Shown here in pieces: positions 8,878 to 19,567 of a stretch of 64,000 nt of DNA. The DNA is from a virus (taxonomy: Duplodnaviria; Caudoviricetes): IMG/VR virus record IMGVR_UViG_3300023311_001083, positions 11,886 to 75,885 of that record, one strand, 5' to 3'. How positions within the stretch are numbered: the first letter of the stretch is position 1; every line of letters starts with the position of its first letter. Both the position numbers and the translations under genes were made by a program. Below the pieces are notes generated by a model. That model saw only the letters and a program-made list of their open reading frames with translations. It had not been told where the DNA came from and made no database searches.

Positions 8878-10518
8878 TTATAGTTTAGAAATTTCAGCCC
8901 ATTTAGTTTTTAATGCATCTAATTGTGGTTTAAGAGGAGCATCTGGAGTAGCAGTTTTTAAACGACTTTCAATTCTTGCTCTTAATTGGTCTAGTTCCAT
9001 ATCGCTTCTAAATTTAGCATTTTGAACTTCGCTATTTGCAAATGGATTAGTTGTTGTATTATGATCATAAGGCCCGATTATCGGTTCTATATCGCCACCT
9101 TGATTAAATACATGATCTAATGCAGCACCAGCTGCCATACCGCCACCAATTTTAGCAGCATTTCCTAATTTACTAGATGATGGTTTTGCATTTTTCTTAA
9201 ATAAATTTTGTATTGGTTGAGGTTGTGTTGGTGGTGTGGGTTTTTTAGCAAATAAACCTTTAACCCAACCCGCATCTTTTTTAGCACCGCCCCACGCAGC
9301 TTTACCAGCAAATTTTCCTGCTCCTATAGCAGCTCCTAATGCACCTTCAGCTACTGCACTATCAATTGGTGTAAGAGTATTAGGATCAACTGGGTTGTCG
9401 TTTTCATCAAATAACCCTTCTGGAGTCATTGCATATTTTTTACCATCTTTACCTTGAATTAAAATTGGCTCTTCTTCAACAGTAACACCTTCATTAATCA
9501 TATCTAATTTAGCTTGTAGCAATCTTATAGATTCTGCAAGTGATGGTTGATTAGTATTAACTTTATTTTGAATTAACTGAAATTCTGGTGGTGGAGTTGC
9601 ACCTTGTTGTGCTAATATTGCATAAGTTTTTTCACCAATTAGTCCATCTGGTGTCAGACCATTTGCAGTTTGAAATGATACTATTTCATCACGCGTTGAT
9701 GGCCAACTTACTGGTTGTGTTGGTTGTTCTTCTGGTATTTCACCTTCTAAATCTCTAGTTGCATTATATACGTCCAACCCTGTTCCTACTGCCCACCCAA
9801 TACCAGGAATAAAATATGAGGCACCAGCTAGTGCGGCAATTCCAGCACCTTCTATATCTCCTTTTTTAAGACGATCATATGCATCTTTGGCACTAATAGC
9901 AGATCCTACAAACGGAACTGCTTTTGCTAATGATCTTCCACCTACGCTTGATGCAATTTTACCAGCAGTTGATGTAGTAGCATCTTCAGAAGTATACCTA
10001 AAGCTTTCTAATAACTGATCTGAAATTTTAATAGATTCCATTGCTGGTTTAGGTTCTGGTTTTTTTGTTTTAGCAATATAATCTTTCAATGCTTTATATT
10101 GATCAATCATACTTGAAATATCTTGTAACGCTGCTTGTTGAGTTGATGCTCTATCTGATGCTTGGTTTGCAAGATCACTTTTGTATTTTGTTGCTGCGTC
10201 ATACACATGATCATTTCCAAACATATGAGATGAAGTTTTTGCATTGGCTGGTATTAAACCCAGTCTTGATAATTCACGATCAGTATTATCATCTGAACTA
10301 GATTCAGAACCAGTATTATCAACAAAACTCCCAGACACTGGATCATATAAACCAGGTAAATTATTAGTTTTTGCAAACTGTCCTAATGATGCAAATCTAC
10401 CAGCTGGGTTTTGTTCTTGACCTAGTATAGCAGCAGAAACATCTTTTAAAGTTATACTTTCCAATAAAGAAGAATTTTCAATATCAGATAATTTTTGCAT
10501 TAATGATTTTAAATCCAT
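8878..10518 (-). CDS. Putative virion protein with peptidoglycan-binding domain and Gly/Ala-rich hydrophobic hairpins
   Basis: EIVSFQTANGLTPDGLIGEKTYAIL (PG_binding_1-like); VPFVGSAISAKDAY...IPGIGWAVGTGLD. Confidence 0.55.
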   Translation of the reverse strand: MDLKSLMQKLSDIENSSLLESITLKDVSAAILGQEQNPAGRFASLGQFAKTNNLPGLYDPVSGSFVDNTGSESSSDDNTDRELSRLGLIPANAKTSSHMFGNDHVYDAATKYKSDLANQASDRASTQQAALQDISSMIDQYKALKDYIAKTKKPEPKPAMESIKISDQLLESFRYTSEDATTSTAGKIASSVGGRSLAKAVPFVGSAISAKDAYDRLKKGDIEGAGIAALAGASYFIPGIGWAVGTGLDVYNATRDLEGEIPEEQPTQPVSWPSTRDEIVSFQTANGLTPDGLIGEKTYAILAQQGATPPPEFQLIQNKVNTNQPSLAESIRLLQAKLDMINEGVTVEEEPILIQGKDGKKYAMTPEGLFDENDNPVDPNTLTPIDSAVAEGALGAAIGAGKFAGKAAWGGAKKDAGWVKGLFAKKPTPPTQPQPIQNLFKKNAKPSSSKLGNAAKIGGGMAAGAALDHVFNQGGDIEPIIGPYDHNTTTNPFANSEVQNAKFRSDMELDQLRARIESRLKTATPDAPLKPQLDALKTKWAEISKL

Positions 10519-10520
10519 TT

Positions 10521-11033
10521 TTAGTTATCCTTAGTTAATAATTTTTGTTCACCTACTATTGCATCATAATGATCCATAGTTAGTACGTTTCCTGCAGCAC
10601 TAAATTCAATTAATTTTTCAGAAACATTATGTAAATCCATATCTGTTTCAGCATCTTCCCTAGCATATTCTAATAGTCTAATTAATAAAGGAACATCTAG
10701 TTTAATAACATCTGGTTTATTTTTTTCAGTACCTGTACTAATTATATCTGAATAAGATTCTTTTAATCTTACTTTTTCAGCTATAACACGTGCATACTGA
10801 TTAATCAATTGACGTTTTTCAGTTTGTTTTTGTATTTTATCTTCTTCAGCTTCTTTGAAATATGTTTTCAATAACGATGGTTTCTTTACTGTGTCAGATA
10901 ATGGTTTAGCATAATGCTGCATTGTTATTTGTTCAGCCATAGATAATCTATTATTACTTTCAGTTATTATCTTTGTGGCTTCTACAGGCGTAGAAGCATT
11001 ATCAATCGCCTGTAGAATTTTTTTCATATCCAT
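10521..11033 (-). CDS. Hypothetical, probable head/internal protein
   Basis: In late cluster; ITES/LKES-type motifs. Confidence 0.5.
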   Translation of the reverse strand: MDMKKILQAIDNASTPVEATKIITESNNRLSMAEQITMQHYAKPLSDTVKKPSLLKTYFKEAEEDKIQKQTEKRQLINQYARVIAEKVRLKESYSDIISTGTEKNKPDVIKLDVPLLIRLLEYAREDAETDMDLHNVSEKLIEFSAAGNVLTMDHYDAIVGEQKLLTKDN

Positions 11034-12655
11034 TATTTTAAACCACTCAGCATTTTGATTGCATCTAATTCAACAGATTCATTTAAATCTCTTTCATATC
11101 TATCATCTCTTGCTGCATCTCTACGAAAGACTGCTTCTGCATCAGCTTGATTTTCTAAGCTATCTGTAGTTTCATGTTCATCAGCATCGTATTCTGCTTC
11201 AAAATTAGCTATTTTAACTATTTGGTCAATTACGTAATGTGGTAAAATATCACTAAATTCATCTGATAATTTATCAACAAGCCTGCCTATTTCGTGTTCT
11301 TGTACTGGTAATTCAACACCTAAATCTTTTATTGCGCTTACAACATCGTCATACCATGATTCTTTAACAGCTGAATTATGTTCTTCAGGATCAGTTTCCC
11401 ACTCAGAAATATTTTCTGATTGTTCTTTAAAGAATTTAACTTTTTTAGCCCAATTTTTAGCAGCTATTTTATCACCTTTTTCTTTACCTTCTTTAGAAAC
11501 TTGTTTAAAAGGTTTGCTTTTTCGGTTCAATGATTCTTCTAAGTTATCAACTGCTTTTTCTATACCTTTTTTACGTTTTTGAATTTTGCTATTTAATTCA
11601 CCAAATTTATCTATCGAACCAGGCACATCTGCCATTTTTCCCAATCGATATGCTTTATTATCAATATCTCTTGTTGCACGTTTAGTATAAGATTTCAACG
11701 TATCTTTTGATAGCCCAGTTTCAGCTATTTCGCGTTCTTTCTTTTTATTAATTATTGTATGTGGAAAACTTTTTGAAGAATGGTCGATTAACGATCCTCT
11801 TGGGATTGTTTCACCTTCTTCGTGTTCATCAGAATGTGGTGTGAACCAATGTTTTTTACCATCCCATCTTCCTAAAACATTACCTTTTCTATCTATTACG
11901 TTTGTAGCTTCATCAATACCCATATCCATACCAACTTCGTGTTTAGCATGAGCAATAGCTTCTTTTTTATCGTCAAAACGTGATACATTTTTTGGTCCTA
12001 AATGTTTACCATCTTTGTAGATGTGTACTGTAAAGCCATTACCAGGCCCTTCAGCGCGAACTTCTGCAGTACCACCAGAATTATCATCAAACGATGCAAT
12101 TTTTCTAGAACCTTTTGTAAGGGTTGATTCACCTAAGTCATAATTAGTTTTTTTGTGTTTTTCGTCACCGCGTTTAGCTGCTTGTTTTTTATCTTTATGA
12201 GCACCTGCACCAGCTGTTGGGGCATTTTTAGCAACAAAATTATTAATTTTAGGAGCATCGTCTGATTTATTTTTTTTAGCTTCTGTAATTTTTAATTCTT
12301 TAATTTTAGCTTTTGCTTCCATTAATTTATTTTTTAACGCTGCTTTTTGACTCTCGGAGTAAATGTCACTATTTTCTAAATGATCACCATATTCACTGAA
12401 TTTTTTCTCATATTCAATGTAATGATATACTGATGCAATATAATCAGCAGCTTTAGTAATTTTGGCTTGTACCCAAGATTCTAATTGGTCATTATCTTCT
12501 AATTTTTTAAATAATTTAAAACTATAAGTAGCTAATTTGTATAAATCAGCTTTTGCCATTGCACCCTCATTATCATCTTCTGTATGACCTAAGCCGATAA
12601 CATTATCTTCTTCTTGCGGTGCTAAAATAGCGAATTCATTTAATTTACGTTCCAT
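11033..12655 (-). CDS. Mosaic probable internal head protein
   Basis: Modules separated by [LIV]-x-E sites; C-terminal ESVELDAIKMLSGLK; TAAATA at 12678-12683. Confidence 0.55.
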   Translation of the reverse strand: MERKLNEFAILAPQEEDNVIGLGHTEDDNEGAMAKADLYKLATYSFKLFKKLEDNDQLESWVQAKITKAADYIASVYHYIEYEKKFSEYGDHLENSDIYSESQKAALKNKLMEAKAKIKELKITEAKKNKSDDAPKINNFVAKNAPTAGAGAHKDKKQAAKRGDEKHKKTNYDLGESTLTKGSRKIASFDDNSGGTAEVRAEGPGNGFTVHIYKDGKHLGPKNVSRFDDKKEAIAHAKHEVGMDMGIDEATNVIDRKGNVLGRWDGKKHWFTPHSDEHEEGETIPRGSLIDHSSKSFPHTIINKKKEREIAETGLSKDTLKSYTKRATRDIDNKAYRLGKMADVPGSIDKFGELNSKIQKRKKGIEKAVDNLEESLNRKSKPFKQVSKEGKEKGDKIAAKNWAKKVKFFKEQSENISEWETDPEEHNSAVKESWYDDVVSAIKDLGVELPVQEHEIGRLVDKLSDEFSDILPHYVIDQIVKIANFEAEYDADEHETTDSLENQADAEAVFRRDAARDDRYERDLNESVELDAIKMLSGLK

Positions 12656-12680
12656 GACGATCTCCGTTGTATTAGTATAT

Positions 12681-13064
12681 TTATCTTTTTATTGTTGCTG
12701 ACGGCCCGCCAAATAAGTTATTACTATCTAACCCATTCTTAGCAGTACCGTCTGAATTTTTTGGTTGTTTAACTATAGGAGGTTTAGGCGCTTTAGTACC
12801 TGATTTCCCTGGTGTGCCAGTATATGATTTTTTACCAATGGCTTTACCTATAGCAATATGTGGATTAACTACAGTTGCAATATTTGCAGCACTAGTTGCA
12901 CCTGCTGTTGCATCTTCACTCACTTTAACACAGTTATTAACACGCGTATCACCTTTCATCTTAGTGCCTTGTTTTTTATAACCTTTCCAGCATTTAGAAT
13001 CTAGGCGAGTATCTTCTTTGGTATATTCTTCTGGATCTTCAGCTAAAATTTCATATATTTTCAT
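12681..13064 (-). CDS. Hypothetical with capsid-targeting-like N-terminus
   Basis: MKIYEILAE. Confidence 0.55.
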   Translation of the reverse strand: MKIYEILAEDPEEYTKEDTRLDSKCWKGYKKQGTKMKGDTRVNNCVKVSEDATAGATSAANIATVVNPHIAIGKAIGKKSYTGTPGKSGTKAPKPPIVKQPKNSDGTAKNGLDSNNLFGGPSATIKR

Positions 13065-13303
13065 TTTTTATTTCCTTGGTACATAAAAGGTGGGATTTTA
13101 TCTTGATTAATTTTACTAATTCGATTGTTACTAACATGCATTGGATTATTATTCATGCGATATTCTGCGAGTCTTTCTTTTGCTCCTAACCCATCTAGAT
13201 AACTTTGAATTTTTAACTCATGAATAATATCATCTGGTGCTAGATAACAATCATCATCGTCATTCATTGAAATATTTCCAGTTGTGATTCTATATTGTTT
13301 CAT
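13061..13303 (-). CDS. Hypothetical protein
   Basis: 80-aa ORF coupled to neighbours. Confidence 0.55.
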   Translation of the reverse strand: MKQYRITTGNISMNDDDDCYLAPDDIIHELKIQSYLDGLGAKERLAEYRMNNNPMHVSNNRISKINQDKIPPFMYQGNKK

Positions 13304-14448
13304 TATATACCTGCCTTACTTTTTTTAAATGTTGGTAATGAACTTTTTACATTAGTTCCATCAGTTTCTTTACTACCTTTAGTAGTAACATCAGTTCCTT
13401 TTGAACCCATAAACTTCTCAGTAGCTTTAATAATTTCAGCATCAGCATCAGTATATGCGATAGTAACTAATTTTTGTCCAGTAGGCCCTGTTTTATCCAT
13501 GTTAAATTCAGGAGATCCTGCCATAGCAATACCAAATCTCCATGGAGCATATGGACTGCTATTATCCAATCCATCATGTTTTCTCATATTAGGAACTGCA
13601 TTAGTTTCTGTTTTTCTAAATTTACTTTCGGACATCATTTCATCCATATCAATCATTGCAGCTTCTAGTTCTAACAATCGTGAATCCATGTGCTTAACAT
13701 TTACTGAATGATTTAAAATATTCTCGCTTAGTCTAATACTAGTTGTTATTTCATCCATTGCTTTTACTATATCAAATAAAACTGTTTCATGTAAGTTAAT
13801 TTTTCTATTAGATAATTCACGTTGTAATGCTTGTAATTTGTCATCTTTTCTAGCAATTGCATGTCTAATTTCACCAGCCACTTTAACTGGTAGACGTTTT
13901 AAAACACTGCTAATAATTTCTTCAACTTGAGAATTTTGTTGTCCAGTAATTCTATCATTTATTGATTTTTCACTGCTTCTTTCTTGCTCTAAATCTTGAT
14001 TTAATTTAGATTCTTCTTCTTTTAAGTTTTCAATATGTGTTTTATACAAATTGCGTTCTTGTGCCCATCGTATTGCATTTCTTTTAATGCTTGGTGTTTT
14101 TATTTTATCACTTAGTTCAATTAAAATTTCTGGTAATGAATCAGATACTTCTTTAAATGATGATGGGTATGTAGATAAGAATTCATGCAAATATACTGCA
14201 TTTTTTGGTGAATATTTAACTAAGTCATATAAATCGCTTTGTAATTTATTTTCATAAAACGTTTGAAACCATCTACTTCCAGTACTTCCTGATACCATAC
14301 CAAAATTTCTAATTTTATGATGTTTTTCAAAATACTGAGATGACATTGAGGTAAGAGTATGATACAGCTGTGTTATTGGAGTTCCAATTCTAGCAGTTAT
14401 AGAATTTACAGTTGTTTCAAAACTGATTCCTTCATTTAGTTTTTGCAT
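13303..14448 (-). CDS. Hypothetical protein, possibly two fused modules
   Basis: 381-aa ORF, compositional change around NLHE/LSEN. Confidence 0.55.
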   Translation of the reverse strand: MQKLNEGISFETTVNSITARIGTPITQLYHTLTSMSSQYFEKHHKIRNFGMVSGSTGSRWFQTFYENKLQSDLYDLVKYSPKNAVYLHEFLSTYPSSFKEVSDSLPEILIELSDKIKTPSIKRNAIRWAQERNLYKTHIENLKEEESKLNQDLEQERSSEKSINDRITGQQNSQVEEIISSVLKRLPVKVAGEIRHAIARKDDKLQALQRELSNRKINLHETVLFDIVKAMDEITTSIRLSENILNHSVNVKHMDSRLLELEAAMIDMDEMMSESKFRKTETNAVPNMRKHDGLDNSSPYAPWRFGIAMAGSPEFNMDKTGPTGQKLVTIAYTDADAEIIKATEKFMGSKGTDVTTKGSKETDGTNVKSSLPTFKKSKAGI

Positions 14449-14451
14449 TTT

Positions 14452-14823
14452 TTAATCCTCATATTTTCCAGATGAAATATGTTTGCATACGTCATCATGA
14501 ATTTTTTTACATATATCACTAACCATAGATGATTCCAACTCATCTGGTAATTCACGGATAGGAAATTTTTTAATATATGCATGGTAACTATTTTTCACTG
14601 CTGGTTCAAAAAACGAATGATTTGTCTTACGATTGGCACTAATTAGATCTATACACTTAGTAATTATTGGATGTAGTTGTTTTCTATAAGTATCATCATC
14701 GTCATGCATGAAAAAAATTAAGTCTTCAGGAATATCAAAATCTATTTCTCTACCATCAGCTGTGTGTTTAATAAAAGCTAGATCATTAAAATCATTACTT
14801 TCTAAAAGTTCAGTTATACGCAT
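14452..14823 (-). CDS. Hypothetical with capsid-targeting-like N-terminus
   Basis: MRITELLES; TAAATA at 14853-14858. Confidence 0.55.
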   Translation of the reverse strand: MRITELLESNDFNDLAFIKHTADGREIDFDIPEDLIFFMHDDDDTYRKQLHPIITKCIDLISANRKTNHSFFEPAVKNSYHAYIKKFPIRELPDELESSMVSDICKKIHDDVCKHISSGKYED

Positions 14824-14884
14824 ATTCTACTCTCAAGTTAGGGGTTATTACGTATTTAGCGATTTTTACTATTTTAATAACCAT

Positions 14885-14920
14885 AAAAAAACCGCATGTT
14901 ATAAATAACATACGGTTTTT
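14885..14920. terminator. Bidirectional intrinsic terminator
   Basis: AAAAACCG-ATGTTAT/ATAACAT-CGGTTTTT hairpin. Confidence 0.7.
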
Positions 14921-14937
14921 ATTAGCATAACTAACTT

Positions 14938-17205
14938 TTATATTTCAACTGTGTCAGCTATTTTAAATTTCTTTGCAACTGGTTGTAATTGCAATTTATC
15001 ATTTTTAACGGTAATGGATAATACTCCACCAGATTGCAAGTCACCAAATAACATTAATTTAGCAAGATCACGTTTAATTTCTTTATCAATAATTCTGTTC
15101 AAAGGTCTTGCACCCATTTTGCTATCAAATCCATTAGTAATTAACCAATTTATAGCATCTTTATTAATTTTAATACGAATAGATTTTTGTTTAACTTGAT
15201 TACGCAATTCATCAATAAATTTATTAACTACGTTCACCATATCATCTTTACTTAATTTATTAAACGTAATAATACCATCAAGTCTATTACGGAATTCAGG
15301 TGTAAAGAATTTTTTCAATTCAGCATCATCATAAATTTTTTCTTGATTTCCAAACCCAATTTGATTTTTCTCAGCACTTGCAGCACCGGCATTAGTAGTT
15401 AAAATTAATACAATATTTCTGCAATCTGCCTGTTTACCATTACTACCAGTAATAAAACCATTATCCATTAGTTGTAATAAAACTGTTAACACGTCTGGAT
15501 GTGATTTTTCAACTTCATCAAATAATAAAACTGCATTTGGATTTTCTTGAATCTGTGTTATTAGTTGACCAGCGTTATCATCAAAACCAACGTAACCTGG
15601 CGGGCTACCAATTAATTTACTGATACTGTGTTTCTCTTGATATTCACTCATATCAAATCTTAACAATTTAACACCAAGATGTTTAGCTAATGAAATTGCT
15701 GTTGCTGTTTTACCACATCCACTATGACCCATAAACACAAAACTACCAATTGGTTTATTTTCATTTTTTAATCCAGCATGTGCAACCACAATCTTATCAA
15801 CAATCTCAGTGATTGCACCATTTTGACCATAAACTTCTGCTTCAATATTACTTTGTAAAGTGGATAGATTAGAACTTTCAGTTTCCATTATTTTTTCTAA
15901 TGGCATATTAATCATTTTAGCTAATTCAAATTGAATTTCAGTATCTGTAATAGTTCTATTTTTAGTTTTAACTAAATTAAGTCTAGAACATGCACAATCA
16001 AGTAAATCAATTGCTTTATCTGGTAATTTTTTATCTGCTTGATATTTCACACTTAGCTCAATTGCAGAATTTAGCGCAGTATCTTTAATTTTTACATCAT
16101 GGTGTGATTCATAATATTTTTTAATACCTTTTAATATTTTAAATGCCATATCAGGTGTGGGTTCGTCAACCACGATACGTTGAAACCGTCTTACTAATGC
16201 ACGATCTTTTTCAAAATGTTTGCGATATTCTTCCCAAGTAGTAGAAGCAATTACTTTTACATCACCTTTACTTAATGCAGGTTTCATCATATTAGCTAAA
16301 TCATTAGCAGAGTTGTTTCCAGATCCAGCACCATTAATCATGTGTGCTTCATCTATAAATAAAACACATTTACCGTTATCCTGTAATGCAGAAAGAACTA
16401 ATTTAAATCGTTCTTCAAAATCACCACGATATTTACTGCCTGCAAGCATTCCACTAATATCAAGATCGTAGATAGTATAATCTTTTAAAAATTCTGGAAC
16501 ATTACCATTAACAATATTATATGCCAATCCTTCAGCTATTGCAGATTTACCAACCCCAGGGTCGCCAACTAGAATAACGTTATTTTTACTACGTCTTCCT
16601 AAAGACAATGCAATATTTTCTAGCTCCGTGGCACGCCCAATCACTGGATCGATTTTTTTATCTAAAACTTTTTTATTTAAATTAGTAGTAAATGATTGAA
16701 GTGCTTTTGCACTTCTACTATTATCATCAGATGGTTTTAGTTCGTCACTATCTGTTGTTTCTTCAGTGTGTTGTATATAATCAATGTATTTTTCTTTACT
16801 GATTTCTGCATTACTAATGTAATAAAACGCCCAACTGCGTTTTTCACCCATAATTGCAACAAATATATCAGATGGTTCAATTGCTGGTCTACCGCTGAAT
16901 AAAACTTGCGTAAATGCTCTATTTAAGATTCTATCAACTGCTTGTGTTTTTTTAGGTTTAACACCGTCTTCATCAGTTATAATACTTTCGCATTTATTAT
17001 TTAAGAATTCATAAACTTGGTTTTTAAGTTTTTTAGAATTTGCACCAATTTCATCTAAACCTTTATTAAATTCTTTTTCCATAAGTAACGCATATAGAAT
17101 ATGTTCAATTGTTACATACTCATGTTTTAATGCTATCGCAGCCGCAGATGCATTTTCAAAAACGTTATGTAAATTTTCACTTGGCTCAACCATTTTATTA
17201 TCCAT
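14938..17205 (-). CDS. clpA: ATP-dependent Clp protease ATPase subunit ClpA
   Basis: Clp N-domain (HEYVTIEH), Walker A GDPGVGKS and GHSGCGKT, FIDEAH, FDEVEK, ClpP-docking IGF loop, no ClpB M-domain. Confidence 0.92.
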   Translation of the reverse strand: MDNKMVEPSENLHNVFENASAAAIALKHEYVTIEHILYALLMEKEFNKGLDEIGANSKKLKNQVYEFLNNKCESIITDEDGVKPKKTQAVDRILNRAFTQVLFSGRPAIEPSDIFVAIMGEKRSWAFYYISNAEISKEKYIDYIQHTEETTDSDELKPSDDNSRSAKALQSFTTNLNKKVLDKKIDPVIGRATELENIALSLGRRSKNNVILVGDPGVGKSAIAEGLAYNIVNGNVPEFLKDYTIYDLDISGMLAGSKYRGDFEERFKLVLSALQDNGKCVLFIDEAHMINGAGSGNNSANDLANMMKPALSKGDVKVIASTTWEEYRKHFEKDRALVRRFQRIVVDEPTPDMAFKILKGIKKYYESHHDVKIKDTALNSAIELSVKYQADKKLPDKAIDLLDCACSRLNLVKTKNRTITDTEIQFELAKMINMPLEKIMETESSNLSTLQSNIEAEVYGQNGAITEIVDKIVVAHAGLKNENKPIGSFVFMGHSGCGKTATAISLAKHLGVKLLRFDMSEYQEKHSISKLIGSPPGYVGFDDNAGQLITQIQENPNAVLLFDEVEKSHPDVLTVLLQLMDNGFITGSNGKQADCRNIVLILTTNAGAASAEKNQIGFGNQEKIYDDAELKKFFTPEFRNRLDGIITFNKLSKDDMVNVVNKFIDELRNQVKQKSIRIKINKDAINWLITNGFDSKMGARPLNRIIDKEIKRDLAKLMLFGDLQSGGVLSITVKNDKLQLQPVAKKFKIADTVEI

Positions 17206-17207
17206 TC

Positions 17208-18038
17208 TTAATTTTTCTCGTTAATTTCAATATCTAGTTGTTTTAATTTTGCAACTAATTCTGGGTCTTTTACAATTGTTGGTTTAATATCAACCACAGT
17301 AACAAACCGTCCTTTTCTAGTAGTATTCACATTAGTAAATCCCAACCCATGTCTGGCATATTCAGTACCAGAAAGTATTCCTGGTCTAATCTCTATAAGC
17401 ATTTCTTCACCAGTGATTGCTTCTACTTTTTTAGAACATCCAATCATTGCTTCGATTGATGATACATAAATTGTTTTATATATATCATCCCCGACTCTTT
17501 TAAATAATTCATCAGGGTCTACTTTAATAGTGACATTTAAATCACCACGTGGAGCGTTAGGAATTGAGTCATCTCCCATACCAGCATAACGTATTGTCAT
17601 ACCATTGTCAATACCTGGTGGTACATTAATTGCAATTGTTTCTTTTTTACCGCTTGGTAAAGTAAAATTTGCTTCAATTTGCTTTCCATAGTATGAATCA
17701 ATAAATGAAATAGTATATTGTATATTTAAATCTCTATTTCTATATACTCGTTGATGAGTTTGTCTGAACATCTGTTCAAATGGATGCCCACCGCCTCCAA
17801 AAAAATCATTAAAGTTAAATTGCCCGAATGGATTATTTTGCATTTGTTGTTGCTGATCGTATTGTGATCGGTTTGCAACATCACCAAGTGTATCATAGGC
17901 AACTGATATATTTTTAAATGTATCTTGATCGCCTCCTTTGTCAGGATGGTGTTGATTAGCTAATTTTCGGTATGCTTTTTTAATCTCATCTGCTGATGCT
18001 GAAGGGTCTATGCCCAATGTTTGATAATATTCATTCAT
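17208..18038 (-). CDS. dnaJ: DnaJ/CbpA-class co-chaperone (no Zn finger)
   Basis: J-domain EIKKAYRKLANQHHPDKGGD plus DnaJ C-terminal domain. Confidence 0.88.
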   Translation of the reverse strand: MNEYYQTLGIDPSASADEIKKAYRKLANQHHPDKGGDQDTFKNISVAYDTLGDVANRSQYDQQQQMQNNPFGQFNFNDFFGGGGHPFEQMFRQTHQRVYRNRDLNIQYTISFIDSYYGKQIEANFTLPSGKKETIAINVPPGIDNGMTIRYAGMGDDSIPNAPRGDLNVTIKVDPDELFKRVGDDIYKTIYVSSIEAMIGCSKKVEAITGEEMLIEIRPGILSGTEYARHGLGFTNVNTTRKGRFVTVVDIKPTIVKDPELVAKLKQLDIEINEKN

Positions 18039-18084
18039 AGTCTCAATTTATTAATAGTTAAAAAGATTATTTAGTGTATAAGTA

Positions 18085-18113
18085 ATTGTACTACGAATAA
18101 TTGTAAATGTCAA
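18085..18113 (-). promoter_or_regulatory. sigma70-type promoter for dnaJ-clpA
   Basis: TTGACA-17 nt-TACAAT. Confidence 0.7.
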
Positions 18114-18122
18114 GAAGAAGTA

Positions 18123-18395
18123 TTACTTGATAGATGAATATATTTCCGTTTGTTCTTTATACCATTTTTGCCATGCTAAAAGTTTTTCTCTACTTTCATA
18201 ATAAGTACCATAATTTGCATTTGCATTTGATAAAATATCACTTAATTGAGTTTGTTTTCCATTTAATGATTTTAATAATGGGACGGGTTCTAATAATATA
18301 CTCGGTGCTTCAGGAAATTTTGGTTTTATTGGAACTGTAGAAGTCCAACATGCGGTCAAAAATAATGACATTGTAATTATTAATAATTTATTCAT
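18123..18395 (-). CDS. Putative o-spanin (lipoprotein)
   Basis: Signal peptide with lipobox LTAC, Pro-rich mature region, overlaps upstream membrane gene. Confidence 0.65.
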   Translation of the reverse strand: MNKLLIITMSLFLTACWTSTVPIKPKFPEAPSILLEPVPLLKSLNGKQTQLSDILSNANANYGTYYESREKLLAWQKWYKEQTEIYSSIK

Positions 18396-18855
18396 GATGA
18401 TGTATTATGGAGTCATTATAAATTTTTAATGCAACTTCGGGAATTTTGCACTCAGAATTGATTGATTTTTCGTTAGTTTTAATTAACTCATATGTTTCAG
18501 CTACTTGTTCTTTAATAACTTTAACTTGTTTCACAACTTCAGTTTTAATTATAGTGTTTACAACAGCAGATTTTTGTTCTGCTACGATAACTTTTTGTTC
18601 AAGTTCGAAAATTTTATCTTTCCATTGTTTATCTGAAAAAAAGAAACCTTCAAAAAATACACCAGTTATTAACAATACCAACGATATATTTTTTATGATA
18701 TGTTGATAATTGTTTATTATAGGTACAAATTTTACGATTAATCCAACAAAATTGCCTGTGATACCAATAAAAATAGCAAGATGAACTATCCATATAATAA
18801 AATTATCAGGCATAAAGTGAAGTATGAACATCATTTTCTTAAAGCCACTGCCCAT
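18388..18855 (-). CDS. Putative i-spanin
   Basis: N-terminal TM segments, coiled coil, C-terminal Cys (ECKIP). Confidence 0.6.
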   Translation of the reverse strand: MGSGFKKMMFILHFMPDNFIIWIVHLAIFIGITGNFVGLIVKFVPIINNYQHIIKNISLVLLITGVFFEGFFFSDKQWKDKIFELEQKVIVAEQKSAVVNTIIKTEVVKQVKVIKEQVAETYELIKTNEKSINSECKIPEVALKIYNDSIIHHHE

Positions 18856-19562
18856 CCGTTATTTTCAAAAATAAACACATTATTTATTTTAGTAATATTG
18901 TAATTTCCTATATATTTTGTATAAAATATAACTTCGGAAATATCTTTACTTTCAAGCATTATCGGGCCTTTGATAGAATTATAAACATAATCTTTAGGCC
19001 CACTTGTAATAATATTAAATTTTACTGCTTGTGCATATTCACGTTTAAATTCTATCGATTCATCAATAACATTTAAATCATTGGCATAACTATTAGAAAA
19101 GAAGTTACTAAAGTTATTTAAACTATTTTGTTTTGTAGATAAAAAGTATGAATTTTTATCAGCTGGAACTTCAGATTTTAAGTTTTCAATTGATGCAGGT
19201 TGGCTTTTAAAACTTTTATAATATCTAAATCTCAGTTCTTCTAAACCTGATAATTTTTTAATACCTTCTAAAATTTCATATATCTGTTCTGCAACTTTTC
19301 TGCCACGTTCTAATTCAACAAAAACAATATATGTACCATTTTCAGTTTCACCTGGGCTAGTATCAGCATCTAATACAAAATCATATCCCATTTCTATGAA
19401 ATTTTCCAAGTCCTTAGCTGCATCCTCATGATCAACTGTGAAACTAAGTACAACAACGTCTTGGTCATCATCTATTTTACTTTTATAAGAATCGATTTCA
19501 AAAACTTTTTTAACTAAGTTTTTAAGATCATTCGCCATTAAATTTTCATTTATAATATTCAT
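18831..19562 (-). CDS. Hypothetical protein
   Basis: 243-aa ORF in operon. Confidence 0.55.
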   Translation of the reverse strand: MNIINENLMANDLKNLVKKVFEIDSYKSKIDDDQDVVVLSFTVDHEDAAKDLENFIEMGYDFVLDADTSPGETENGTYIVFVELERGRKVAEQIYEILEGIKKLSGLEELRFRYYKSFKSQPASIENLKSEVPADKNSYFLSTKQNSLNNFSNFFSNSYANDLNVIDESIEFKREYAQAVKFNIITSGPKDYVYNSIKGPIMLESKDISEVIFYTKYIGNYNITKINNVFIFENNGWAVALRK

Positions 19563-19567
19563 GATGT

